64,000 nucleotides of DNA from Tubulanus polymorphus. Its lineage: Eukaryota > Animalia > Nemertea. The DNA lies in the NCBI RefSeq assembly GCF_964204645.1, contig NW_027437453.1, positions 38,863 through 102,862 on the forward strand, written 5' to 3'. Under the pieces are notes generated by a model. That model was given only the letters and a program-made list of their open reading frames with translations, was not told the DNA's origin and ran no database searches. Shown piece by piece: positions 24,501 to 36,712 of the stretch. How positions within the stretch are numbered: position 1 is the first letter of the stretch; the number at the start of each line of letters is the position of its first letter. The position numbers were made by a program, and so were the translations under genes.

Positions 24501-27500
24501 ATGTTACTTCGTACTGGATCGGCCATCACATTACATTTTGGCTCAAAGGGAAGGTAGCTGAGTTGATCCGTCACGTTATGAGTTTATCCCCCACGTTACT
24601 ACATTATACTTCAATTTTTGAGTTTATCCTTCACGTGATGACCTAAACTTCTGTTTGGCGGGGATGGCCGCCCATAACCTATTGCTTTAATTTTCGCAAG
24701 GCCCTTTTTTAAAATGAATCCGCCCATAACATCAGCCCCGGGTTGTTCTATGTCGAAATAAATGCTGAAATTACATAGGTCAATAATCGCATGGAATGAC
24801 ATGCCGCGACTTGAATTATTATACAAATTATAAAAAATGTCATTATTAATATAATCATTGAAATAAATTCTTAATTTGAAATGTATTGAGTTCATTATAT
24901 GACTTAGAATACAGTAGAATGCTCTCTAGTAGTTGATTATACTTTCCGACCTTAAGTGGTGGTAGACATGTGTCCAACTTGAGTGACGTCAAATTGAAAT
25001 GTGATAAGATATCCAAGTTGATCATATCTGAATTGAGTGAAGCGTTACATTTTTATCAAATTCCATTCTTGTTTTGTTCTATATTTTCGAGCGACTTTTC
25101 GAGATCATATCGATCGATAATCTCCCTCTTTTTAAAACAAAGTGTTAATCATCGATCAATCAAACAGGAACGTATTTAATTCAATGTTACAACAACTCCG
25201 GACACTACGAGTTGCTATCAGAATTCATTGAGACTTAACAATTTACAAATCTCATCTCTTGTAGGTTGTGATGAAGTAAAATCCCTTGAACCATCGGAAT
25301 TGTTAAAATGTCGTGATGGTAGGTCTTCATGTGTTACTTTCACTTAATTACTTTCGGGAAATAAAGAAATTCACAGACAAAAACAACATGCCATATAATT
25401 TGCTGAAAACATATTACGTCAATTTCCTCATTTCTGAAGTAATACAAAATTGGAAGAAAAAATTAGATTATCAAGTAAGAATCGAATTAGATTCAACATT
25501 AATGAGTTAAGTTATGGTGACACTTAGAGAACTATAATTAGATATTTCCATTCGTGGTATATTTACAGAAATGCATGTACAACAAATTGAAAATACATGT
25601 ACTGAAAACAGATCTTCATCGGTTTGTTCAGGTAAGTCGACCAGATTACATCTTGCATTTCATAATCGCTTCGAACAGATTATTCAATTATATCAATTTA
25701 ATTTATCCCCTTTCTTTCCTGTATAGATATGCTTCAAAAACAGATCATACGCTTCAGACAAGGTGAGCTGATTTTCAAATCGTTTTCGTTATCAGTGTCT
25801 AATTTCCGATGCATCATGCATCACCCTGGCTTTAATAGATAAGGCTAGCTACCATAAAGAAAATGAGACTATGGTCATCCCAAAAGAATCAGTCGTGCAT
25901 AATGTTTACAATTACCCATGGGTCACAGTTCAATCTGACAAATTTGTAAAACTTTCATATCGAGTTTTTAAACATCCAAAAAAAGAAAGAGTGAAAAACA
26001 TGTGAAATGATAACTATTTTTCTTTCCGTAGGTACATACAGAATAGCGACCGAAAAGCTAAAAGCTCCGTCGTGGCCACTCCAGGTGCGATGTGTGGATC
26101 GGAAACACGTGGACAGTCTGAGATGCTGGCACGCCCTGCATCAAACTTTATGTCCCTCGTAGGTCGTGCTACAGGGCCCATTATCTCTCCGTTAGAAAAA
26201 AATGTTATCGAAATATTGGGTGGAAACCACACCAGAATCGCGCTACAGGAGCTTTTGATTGAAGGTGCGTCACAGAATTGTACTACATTTGTTTAAAAGA
26301 ACAAATGCAGCATTCCTAAGAACCAATATTGTCTAACTTCGTGTTGCATTACACGCGATTTGAAATTAAGTCATTCATTTACTTTAAAACAAGCCCGACA
26401 TTAGCATTGATCAATTAGAATTGATCCGAATCTTTGCAGGTGCTGATCCGAATTTTTATGTCGATTCAAATTTTTGCAGGTGCTGATCCGAATCATTATG
26501 GTTCAGCGATGGTACACACCTATTCGTCGGACCTCCCGTACGACATGGCGAGGATGCTAGCTATTCAACACAACGCCGTGCACGAGAAATACCTGCCAGC
26601 TACATTCGCGGATCAGGTGTTAACCTGTCGGCGATGCCTGTATCACCACGCTGGCAGGACTGACCTGGAGGGTGACACTCCGAACGATCCCGAAATCGTT
26701 AAACGACGGAAAAAAGGGCTCGAAACAGTGTATCAGTTGAATGTGAGTTGTTTTCTCTTTGCTGTTGTTCTTCCAGTTTCAGAAATGAAATATCTGCACA
26801 TAATTGTTGATGATTATTTCAGAGAAAAGCACTAAACAACAAAATGAATGTCGCGATTTTTTTCGCCCAATTGGACAAACCAATATTTGACGCTTGGTCT
26901 AATCTAAACCAGAACTGGGCGAATGTTAAAAACAACAAAGGGCCGCTTACTCGACATGTGGCACGGAAATTTTTCCGTGTCAAATCAGGCAACAAGTTAC
27001 GGGCTGTGTTCGTCGATATGGCAAGGGGGCGATGGATTTATCCACTGCCTTGGAAATTTGCGCGTAAGTAAAAGAACGATATTCGGTGAATAAAATTGGC
27101 ACTCGAAATCATTTTATAATTTTCCTTAATGCATGTGCAAAAATGTTTTCTACTCTCTTAATCCGATATCGATAGGAACGAAATATCGGGAAAAAACAAT
27201 ATGTCAGTAGATGAGACGGAGGAGGAAAGTGTTAACGAAAATCAGGTAATTATGACCAAAAAAAACGTGACCTTAACATGCAACACCGAGAGACCGTCCT
27301 ATTCATATCTTTCATGCGTCAAATTCGATTAATTAAATATAGTGTTTGTTTGCTCTAGAACATCAATGAAAACCAACAAAAAGATGATGAAACGACAGCA
27401 CCATCCAATCATCGAGCTTTCACTGAAAAGGTAATTGTCGCATATTCCAACAGTTTTTCCATTTAATACCCACTGTTAGGTCGTTGATTATGATAACGTG

Positions 27501-29233
27501 ATAATATTTCTAATTATAGGTCACGAACACAGAAAGAAATGTTGTATCAAATGAAAATCTTGTCAAAATAAAGGTATAGAATTTTTAGAATCGGAAATGT
27601 AATAATTTTAGACTAAATTATAGAATTTAGCATCAGCCTATTAGAGCCTGTATATCTATTGTGTAGTTAAGGAGATTTCATTTCTTTATATTCCAGGAGA
27701 AAAACAACGAACTAAGATCGGCGGTCAGTGATCTGCGGTCAAAACTCAAACAACAGAAGGTACGTTTATCCCGAGTTGATATTCCGTTAAATAGAATATA
27801 CGATTATGCTGTTAATGTGTGCATTCGTCGTTCAATTGTAGGATGTGAATTCAGAGACGCTGTTAAAACTCAAGAACAGTGACCATACAATATCAGTATT
27901 GGAGGTAGGCATTTAAACCGAATGTGTAGGCTTAGTTATCTGATATATTTGAACTACATGGAATTAAAAACAATCATTTCATTTTTATGCAGAAAGAAAA
28001 GGAGTGCCTCGAGGCTAAAATAAACGAACTAGAAACCCAGCTGCAGGTAAATTATTCATCTTTTTGTTATATTCACAGTACCCGGTATAGCATGGTTTAT
28101 GTGCGAAACAGAATATGCTTTAGTTTAACGCAAAATATCCAGGCGGCGCTACGTACCGGTTTGAGTCGCTTCTCGGCCTATTGGCTAAGATCAAAGTCTG
28201 TATATCTTCCAGTGGTTTATTGAACCGCTACAAATGAACCCAATGAAGAATAATACACCGGTACACGCAATTCAGTGTTAATTATGAATATTTATTTTTA
28301 GAAGCGACCAGCAGTAACCACAAGCGCTACCTATGAAAGGCGACCGAAAAGACAGAAGGTAAGCGATTTCAAATAATGAAATTTCCGTCGTCAAAGGGTT
28401 TCAATCGTGTTGTTGTGGTGTTAGTGAAAACCGATCATTGGCAATGTGTTCTTGGTCTCTTCAATTCAGGTTGGGCAGGACGTAAATAAGACGTTATCGA
28501 CAAACTACAGTAAGTAACATTGTTGCTATAAAATATGTCTACTTGTCAGTCGATAGAATTAAGATAAGGATATTAAAATCGTTTCTATTTTCCCGCTCGT
28601 TTTAGCTGTTCCTGGCTTGGATATTAACGTCGTTTGCCCAGACGTTGGTGAAAATCTTCTCGTCAAACCGGGTATGCCATCGTGTTAACACTAGAGTGAA
28701 TACATTGGATACAATACGCTCATTCTACGAAAGCGTCCTGCGCACACATAACAACAAATCCAGGTTTATCCCGATTCGAAGTCACTTTTAACTGCTAACT
28801 TTTGACAAACTAGGGATAAACCTCGTAATGTTTTGTGCGCTGAGCGTTTCGACTGCGGTTTTTTACTCATCTAGAATGAAAACATAAATGAATGTGTTCT
28901 ACACTAAAACCCGTTTATGTATGTTATATTGCAGGCGAGGGAGCTAAGAATATCCAGGTCGTCGACGGAGACGTAGTTCTCGTTGATTGGGAAAATTACG
29001 GAATTTACGTGGCCGCGGTATCCAAAAAGCAATTAATTAGTTGTAGAAGGCCGGTCAGGAAATTATCAGGATCTATCGTACTCGATGATGACTCGTTATC
29101 AAATTTAGACGTTCACGATCGGCAGGAACTGAAACAAGTCCTTTTCGTGGTTCCCGGCGCCAGTGTCGTTGACGGAAAGAAAATAAACGGAGTCAATAGT
29201 TCGTGGATAGTGGCTGCCCTCACTTATTACTAG
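21557..29233 (+). CDS. Multi-exon ParB-like domain + coiled-coil + Tudor-like protein; two apparent frameshifts (possible pseudogene or assembly errors)
   Basis: Approximate GT-AG exons, phase-consistent once the two frameshifts are allowed: 21557-21691, 21766-21904, 24139-24216, 25265-25318, 25569-25631, 25727-25762, 26032-26264, 26480-26742, 26823-27063, 27176-27245, 27359-27430, 27520-27573, 27697-27759, 27842-27904, 27993-28046, 28302-28358, 28470-28509, 28606-28671, 28935-29233; motifs VRCVDRKHVDSL, EILGGNHTRIALQEL, ARMLAIQHN. Confidence 0.72.
22017..22629 (+). repeat. Perfect tandem duplication (period 307 bp) in an intron
   Basis: 22017-22322 equals 22324-22629. Confidence 0.9.
22640..23226. 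mobile_element. Degenerate TIR element in an intron
   Basis: ACTTTTTGAAG/CTTCAAAAAGT and CTCGATTTCTCAA/TTGAGAAATCGAG inverted pairs. Confidence 0.4.
28166..28197 (+). pseudogene. U2 snRNA 5' fragment (~32 nt) in an intron
   Basis: TCGCTTCTCGGCCTATTGGCTAAGATCAAAGT matches the U2 5' end (stem-loop I); similarity fades at the branch-pairing region. Confidence 0.85.
28728..28850. repeat. Small foldback element in an intron
   Basis: AGGTTTATCCC/GGGATAAACCT core inverted repeat plus outer CGAAAGCG..GCGCAC/GTGCGC..CGTTTCG. Confidence 0.5.
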
Positions 29234-30104
29234 CCTTGATTTTTGATTTTCGATTTCTAAATTAATTTACATTGTCCGTATTGTTTTGCTTATATTACAT
29301 GTCTCGGTAAACTATATTATGAAGGCTTTCTTACTGCTAACTACCACACAACAGCTGTCGGTGTTAGCTCATTTAAACGTTTTATTTTTACTCCTGAATT
29401 TTCCGTCTATCAAACCTTCGCGAAATCATCGAATAGACCGTATCTTATATTATATATCACTGCATGATTAATTTGGTCCCAGTAAGCCAAATTAACTAAA
29501 TTGTCGTCGAAACGTATCGGAAAAACGAAAGCTGCTGTAATGAGCTAAGATTTCGTGATCGGTTTTAATTCTTTGAAACTTCTACAGTAAATCCGTACAC
29601 CGTATTTTCAATATTTGGATTTGGGGTAGTTTACTTACAATGGGCTTGTCCGTAATGTTTTTCTTTAATTTTAATCACTTATGGATTTTTGATTGTAGAT
29701 TGCAATTTTGTGTGTGTGAATATTGTCTTTTTCCGATAACGATGCATGATGGTTTCCTTTGTGGCCTAGCTTATGATAGACTTAGCCCACGTTTAGCATT
29801 AATGTCGTATGAACGTTTGTAAAATACTTTCACCAGAAGATCTCCTGTTTTGGATATCCAATTCTCAGTTTTAAAAGTATCTATTAAGCCTGATTATCTA
29901 TCATACATGTATTCCATAAACCATGGTGGCTTTTTCAACTGGTTTTTCATCCGCGGCTCAAATGAGCTGAGAACTCAAATCCTCCTATCAAAATTACTAA
30001 TCTTGAATGAACGTTTTAAAATGCGCCCTGAAATCTGGTAAAGCAAATACTAAAATTAGTTTCAATACTGGAATCGAATGATTCATTAAGTGATCGTTTT
30101 AGAA

Positions 30105-30973
30105 CGTTAGAGTCCTAGCACGCAATTTAGAAAAGCAGATACTAAAATGAGTCTTAAGACTCGAATCTAACGATTCAAACCATTGAACATTTTAGAATGA
30201 GTCCTAGGACGCAATTTAGTAAAATGAGTCTCAAGACTCGCATCTGACGACGAATGAGTCCTAGGACGCAATTTAGCACAGCAGATACTAAAATGAGTCT
30301 CAAGACTCGAATCTAACGATTCAAAACAGTGAAAGTTTTAGAATGAGTCCTAGGACGCAATTTAGTAAAATGAGTCTCAAGACTCACATCTAACGATGAA
30401 TGAGTCCTAGGACGCAATTTAGCAAAGCAGATACTAAAATGAGTCTCAAGACTCGAATCTAACGATTCAAAACAGTGAAAGTTTTAGAATGAGTCCTAGG
30501 ACGCAATTTAGTAAAATGAGTCTCAAGACTCGCATCTAACGATGAATGAGTCCTAGGACGCAATTTAGTAAAATGAGTCTCAAGACTCGCATCTAACGAT
30601 GAATGAGTCCTAGGACGCAATTTTACACAGCAGATACTAAAATGAGTCTCAAGACTCGAATCTAACGATCCAAACCAGTGAACGTTTTAGAATGAGTCCT
30701 AGGACGCAATTTAGTAAAAGGAGTCTCAAGACTCGAATCTAACGATGAATGAGTCCTAGGACGCAATTTAGAAAAGTAGGTACAAAAATGAGTCTCAAGA
30801 CACGGTTCTAATTTCTTATCATATCAACATTGCAATTCCTAAAATGCATGTTTTAAGACCCGATACAAATAATACCTCAAACTAATTTTTGAAAATGCGT
30901 CCTGAGACTCAATTTCTTGTTTTAACTACAAAACTGGTATCATGTAACCCGATTGATTGAGTCTCAGGACTCA
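30105..30973. repeat. Complex tandem array of palindromic GAGTC-N4-GAC(T/G)C motifs
   Basis: Alternating GAGTCCTAGGACGC and GAGTCTCAAGACTC in short (~57 bp) and long (~90 bp) units; more than 20 motif copies. Confidence 0.9.
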
Positions 30974-32060
30974 AAGCTCTTGATTTTGTATGTAAGATTC
31001 TGTTTTATGTGAACTAATAAATGTCATTTTTACTCCATAGTCGACGCGATTCAGTTGTTTTTGGGTATGGAGAAGTGTATTCTGTGTTTATATTCATATT
31101 GCAGGAATTAGGACTAAAAAGGGAACTAAAAAGAAATTCCCTTTTTATTTGGGAAGGCCTTACTGTACTAAAGTCTATCCCAGAAGTTATGACCGCGGTG
31201 CATCAAAGAGTTGTTACACTAACATATCAGGATCCCTGTGGTTTCAATCACTCAGCCTTACGAGTAATTGAGGTCAAGCGACTACTGCATTCAAGAGTGA
31301 ATAATATACCATCAACTGGCCATTCATTAAAGGATATAAAATTCCAATTTTTATAATTTTACAAAATCCTTTCTTGGATTTTTAGTTTCATTTTGGGAAT
31401 AATCATGTCATGTGGCAAATTCAATCTGATTGATTTTGTACATCTATTAACTCCTCAGAGTGTGAGCATATATAATCTGGAATCATCTCATGAGTCGAGT
31501 GGTGTTGTTTTGCTTGAAACACCATCTAAATATAATCTTTCAACTTGTAAATTGGTTTTGACACTTCATAATGTAAACACTGACTTCAGCATCCAGCGAA
31601 AATATTCACTCTTGAATGCAACAAGACTTCAAAACTGAATTTTCATTGCTTATTACTTCATTTTCTTGGATTAAGTGTGGAAAAGTTTTGCTCTTTATTC
31701 ACTCTTGCCTGTAACCATAGCAACAAGCAGCTGGGGTCCAGCGAGTCAGCGATGCTCATGGTGAGTTTGACCACTTAAAGCTGTCAGTATCAATTAAATT
31801 GTTGTTGATACTGGCTCTTCGAGAGTGAAATGCCGCGGTCATAACCACTGGGATAGACTTTATATTGTTCAGTAAATAATTCTGAATCGCACTCTCAACA
31901 GTGTGCAGAATTAGCTAGTACTAATTCTATCTCAGTTCTATCAACCACCGCAACTCCATCAGAACCGTCTGGAATACAAAAAATAATAGATGTCGAGCAA
32001 TTCAATTCGCTGCATCAATTACTTCGAGTCACAGCATGTGTACTACGCTTTATTTCTATT

Positions 32061-33626
32061 ATGAAGAAGACATGTCAACCTAGACATAATCATATTACCG
32101 TGCCAGAAATACGTTTGGCTCGTACTACGTGGGTTCGCTCTTTGCAAGATGACGAATTTTCAAATGAAATTAAATGTATTCAGAAAGGGGGACGAGGTAC
32201 CCAATTGACTAAACGATTAAACCTATTCACTGATAAAGAGGGTTTAATTAGATGTGGCGGTCGTTTTCAAAACGCGAACCTTAACTACAACGATAAGTAC
32301 CCAATATTATTGCCATCGAAGCACCCATACACAAAATTAGTAATAACTGACGCCCATAAAATGGTTCTACACAGTGGGTTACAATCAACTTTGTGTTACA
32401 TACGTCAATCATATTGGATACCAAGAATTAGGCAAATAGTTAGCCCAATTATTAGAAAATGCTCGGTTTGCATTAGACATGATGGTAAATCATATCGTGC
32501 GCCAATCACGCCTCCGTTACCTGCCTGTAGACTAAAAGAAGCTCCACCCTTTACCATCACAGGCGTTGATTTCACTGGCCATTTATATTATCGCACGAAA
32601 CACTCAAAACAGAACAAGGCATACATATGTCTATTTACATGCGCCGTGTCCAGGGCAATACATCTGGAAATAGTCACTGATCTGACGCCTGCTTCCTTTA
32701 TGAGAGCATTTCGCAGATTTGCCAGCAGGAGGTCGTTGCCAAGTCAATTGATCTCTGATAATGGTTCAACATTTTTGTCTGCAGAAAACGATATCAAAGA
32801 AATATTCAAATCAACAAAAGTCAGAAACTTTCTGTCTAACAAACTTGTTACTTGGACTTTCATACCGAAACGCGCGCCATGGTTTGGCGGATTTTATGAA
32901 AGATTAGTCGGTATAACAAAAAACACTTTGAAAAAAGTAGTTGGTCGAGCGTGTATTACCTTGGACGAATTGTCGATTCTAATTACTGAAATAGAGGCTA
33001 CAATAAACGATCGTCCTCTAACGTACATGACAAAAAATGATGACGATCAGATCATTCCCTTAACTCCATCACATTTAATTTGTGGGAGAATGATTACTCT
33101 GTTACCTCAACCGGTAGTTGAAGAAAACGAACTAATTGATCCGAATTTTAACTTACCGCCCATCGGTTTCTCCGACGCGAAGAAACGCATGAAATACTTA
33201 GACAGTCTTTTCCAAGATTACTGGATACGGTGGCGAAATGAATATTTGCCAACCTTAAGGGAAAACCACTGTCAGACGCTAAAGCGGGGTGGAATTACGG
33301 AAAATCATGTCAAAATAGGCGATATAGTGATCGTTCATGATCACTCAAAAAAGAGAATCTCTTGGCAACTCGCTATCATTGAAGGTCTGAACAAGGGCAA
33401 CGACGGTCTTGTGAGATCCGCGGTAATTCGTACTAAAAATGGGATTACGAATAGACCTCTTAAGAAATTATACCCCTTAGAAATCAATTCTGATAGTGGC
33501 GAGAAAATGAATGATGAATCATCGCCTCTAATTAGTAATATTCAACCCCCAATGAAAATAAAACGAAATGCAGCATTGAACGCTAGAAATAAAATAAAAA
33601 ACTGGTGTGACAAACTGGTTGACTAA
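32061..33626 (+). CDS. BEL/Pao integrase (3' part of pol; frame is open upstream of the listed ATG)
   Basis: H..H..C..C zinc domain; GVDFTG, SDNGSTF, FYERLVG catalytic motifs; C-terminal GDIVIV..WQLAII..GLVRSA..RPLKKLYPLE. Confidence 0.92.
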   Translation: MKKTCQPRHNHITVPEIRLARTTWVRSLQDDEFSNEIKCIQKGGRGTQLTKRLNLFTDKEGLIRCGGRFQNANLNYNDKYPILLPSKHPYTKLVITDAHKMVLHSGLQSTLCYIRQSYWIPRIRQIVSPIIRKCSVCIRHDGKSYRAPITPPLPACRLKEAPPFTITGVDFTGHLYYRTKHSKQNKAYICLFTCAVSRAIHLEIVTDLTPASFMRAFRRFASRRSLPSQLISDNGSTFLSAENDIKEIFKSTKVRNFLSNKLVTWTFIPKRAPWFGGFYERLVGITKNTLKKVVGRACITLDELSILITEIEATINDRPLTYMTKNDDDQIIPLTPSHLICGRMITLLPQPVVEENELIDPNFNLPPIGFSDAKKRMKYLDSLFQDYWIRWRNEYLPTLRENHCQTLKRGGITENHVKIGDIVIVHDHSKKRISWQLAIIEGLNKGNDGLVRSAVIRTKNGITNRPLKKLYPLEINSDSGEKMNDESSPLISNIQPPMKIKRNAALNARNKIKNWCDKLVD

Positions 33627-34302
33627 TGCACAGGTTCAGCCCTATCAGAGTATAATTCAAACTTATGTTCATAATGTTTCTTAATATGAGTTAATTTCAT
33701 TTTTGAAGATTTATAATGTTAAGAATATGTACTTCTATGTTTTTCAATTATTAAAATGTGTAAATGACGATCACCATAGTATATATGTAAAATTTAATGT
33801 TAATTGAAATGTAAGTTGAATCTTAACAGTGAAAATCATGTACGTATACATTCAAGCACAAATTGTATTAATGTTATAATATATACTATGTAATTTCCTT
33901 TCTATTATATACCTGAATATATATCGGAGTAAATGTTCTTTTTATTTCTGATATTCACATGTTTTTAATTTCAAGAATACGTCAATCAATATTGCAATCC
34001 GTTATCTCATAATAATGCTATACAATATCCTAGTTATCATGTATACACCTATATTTTAGTTAAGACACAACGCAATGTCAAAGTTTAACGTCAAAGCTTA
34101 ATGTCAATGTTTAATGTCAAAGCAATTTCACTTTTGTGTTAAATGAAGATTAAGAGTAATGCAAACTTAATGTATCGAAGATTTAGTGATTCTGATATGA
34201 AATTGGAAATTGATTAATTTTTCATTTTTTACGTAGGCTTATTAACCTCATATGTATTCCTAATTGATTATACATCCTATTTTTTCTTCCCGCCGCCGGG
34301 AG

Positions 34303-34496
34303 TGTTTCGAAAGTTCGGTTACTAAGCCGCTCATCTGGTTTGTGTTTATATATTTACTGTGGATGACATCTTGTTTATGTTTATTCTGCATCTATGTGAA
34401 ATAAAATCAGTCACTTCCTAAGTTTCGTAGTAACCAGACGTGTTGCTTCTTTCTCTCGGATCTGTCCCCTCTGGTCGAATCGAACCTTTCACGACA
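34303..34496 (+). repeat. 3' LTR (194 bp)
   Basis: TGT...ACA termini after the PPT; internal TATA-like motif and AATAAA. Confidence 0.75.
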
Positions 34497-35650
34497 GGTA
34501 GTTTCAAACACTGACCCTTGTACCTCGGTATTTAAACATAGACCCCTGTACTGCTATATTCGAACAACATTCAAACAACGACCCCTACGATATTTCAACT
34601 TACCAAATATCATATTTCTGGCAAACATTTTAAACTGTAAAAATCAAAATTTAACGAAATTGGAATCAATTTCAATTCGATGAACAAATAATTGAAAAGA
34701 CAGAATTTGTGAAATATAAGTAAAGGCAGTAAATTTTACTTACGCGTTGACTAATTTTCAAGCCACAAAATCAGCGTCTGTTGTTGCTCAGAGATCACAG
34801 CTATAACTGCAGTGAATATTACCCATCTTTTATTCTTTTGAGTTGAAATTCACCTGTTTGTGAGCAGAAATCCACCTGTTTGTTGTTGGAATCCGCCATC
34901 AAGATGACACATGTCAAATCGGTTTTTTAAGTACATATACATAAATTACAGATATTATAATAGATATATCACTGCTTGTACGATACAGCATAGAATTTGA
35001 TGAAATTATTCCCGGCATATTAAACCGGTACCAAGCATCATTGGCCCGAAATGCCACATCGTACATCGCGTTTTGATTCCAGAAATATTTTCTGAATGTA
35101 TTAGAGAGCATAGAGATCGGTTTTTGTATCTGGGTTTTGATAATCAAGTTGTGTTGCACCTACAGGACAGGTTTTGATACTATAATCGTTCTTCGCTAAT
35201 TTGGCTCCTTGCTTTTTGGATATTTCATTTGTGCTTTATCAAATAGGCTCAGTGGGTTTTGATGTTTAAGTTGTGCTTCACCAACTGGGCTCCTTGGATT
35301 TTTAGGATCAACTGTGTTGATCCTTATAGAATGGTTCCGAGAGTAACTTTCTGTTAGTTCTTGGTGGCACAAATTGTACGTAACCAATATACACACCAAC
35401 CGATATTTAGTCATTAAGAGGGAAATAGGTATTGGAATTGATATGGCAAGTTTTGTGCATCAGCTCTAAGCCGTTTGGAAGTGCTGGGAGAAAATGTGCA
35501 AAACTTCACTAAATTTTTTCCGATCGACTGATTTTTTAATCGATGCTTGACCTTGTTTCCTGACATCACAGGGAAAGCCTTTCTGAAGGGCATTACTTGG
35601 AAATCCCTCTAGAAGGGATGTACTCAAAGGGAAAATTAGGGAAACCACTA

Positions 35651-35839
35651 GGTGGCATACGAGAGACAATTTTTTTTAACTATTTCCACTTATAATGTCG
35701 AATTTCGACATAATAAATCAACATTCGACTTAATAAGTCGAATACCAACTTAATAAGTGGAATTAAGAGTTAATAAAGTCGAAATTTGACTTATTAAGTT
35801 GAAATCGACTTGTTATTAAAGATTATCTCGTATGTCACC
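35651..35839. mobile_element. Nested palindromic MITE
   Basis: GGTGGCATACGAGA...TCTCGTATGTCACC with internal CGACTTAATAAGTCG repeats. Confidence 0.6.
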
Positions 35840-35982
35840 ATGAGGCTTCTGTACAAAACCCATTCTACCTTCTATCTATTACTGGCCAACTTCATCATGT
35901 TGAAGGTTTTTGCCAGGTACGGACTTTAGATGTTAACTCAGTGAGTCGACGAGCACTGATATGTGTCCTACCTGTATAACAT

Positions 35983-36071
35983 GGTTTCACAAGGATTCGA
36001 ACCCACAACCCCTCGGTTGACTTATAACCTCTCGGTTGTGAGTCGAACACCTTATCAACCATCCCACAGGA
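35983..36071 (-). mobile_element. tRNA-derived SINE head (not a functional tRNA)
   Basis: Minus strand has an A-box-like TGGGATGGTTGATAAGG and B box GGGTTCGAATCC; internal duplication; no acceptor stem. Confidence 0.45.
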
Positions 36072-36277
36072 TAGGACAACTTCACTGAATTACATTCCAT
36101 TACCATGTATATCATCAAAGTTGCTTACTACTCAGTCTACGATGGCTTCATCTTTAGCACGTGTTTGTACCACATGGAAAATCCAAGAACAAATCAATTT
36201 CTGTGCTCAAAACTATAACGTACTTAATTGATCCTACTGGAACCACGGTCCTTTATTAATATTTGTGACTGGTTTTA

Positions 36278-36712
36278 CTACCCCGAGTTGGCATCAAATG
36301 CTGGATAAGAGTTCGTGAAATACAGTAGACTCTTACTCGGACAAATTTAGCCAAGTAAAGTTTTACTCTGAGTTGGCGTCAAATACTAAGTAGGATATTC
36401 TGAAATACAGTAGACTTTGTCTATTACTGCGGTAAGGTTGAGAGGAATGTTATGATGTTAGGGTAAGATGTTGGATTTCACGGAAATGATCGGGGCGATG
36501 TTGGTAAAATTCTACTCCGAGTTGGTGTCAGATATAGAGTAGGACCTTTTGAAATCCAGCAGACCTCGTTTCTTACTGCACATTAGACTTACTGCGTTAA
36601 AATTGAGACTGGTTGAAATGTCGTGTCAAAAACTAATAAAGAATTAGTGCTAATTTGGGACTGATAAAATATTACCAGTGTTGGTGTCAAATACCGAGTA
36701 AGCGTTTGTGAA
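36278..36712 (+). repeat. Four degenerate dispersed copies of GAGTTGGYRTCAAAT...TGAAATACAGTAGAC
   Basis: Copies near 36278, 36364, 36512 and 36678. Confidence 0.6.

Larger units (their letters stand above)
31880..34496 (+). mobile_element. BEL/Pao LTR retrotransposon, 5'-truncated (different family from 13181-18661)
   Basis: Integrase region, long AT-rich 3' UTR, purine-rich tract CGCCGGGAG, then 3' LTR. Confidence 0.9.

Noticed and set aside
25838-25946. Extra exon of the ParB-like gene
   Set aside because: Open frame with an acceptor, but the weak donor gives a phase incompatible with the next exon; the flanking exons join without it.
31021-31860. Possible decayed retroelement coding sequence (GYKIP-like peptide)
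   Set aside because: No further RT motifs recognisable; insufficient support.
13181-34496. The two BEL fragments as halves of one element
   Set aside because: Opposite strands, different LTR sequences, and both contain diverged integrases.
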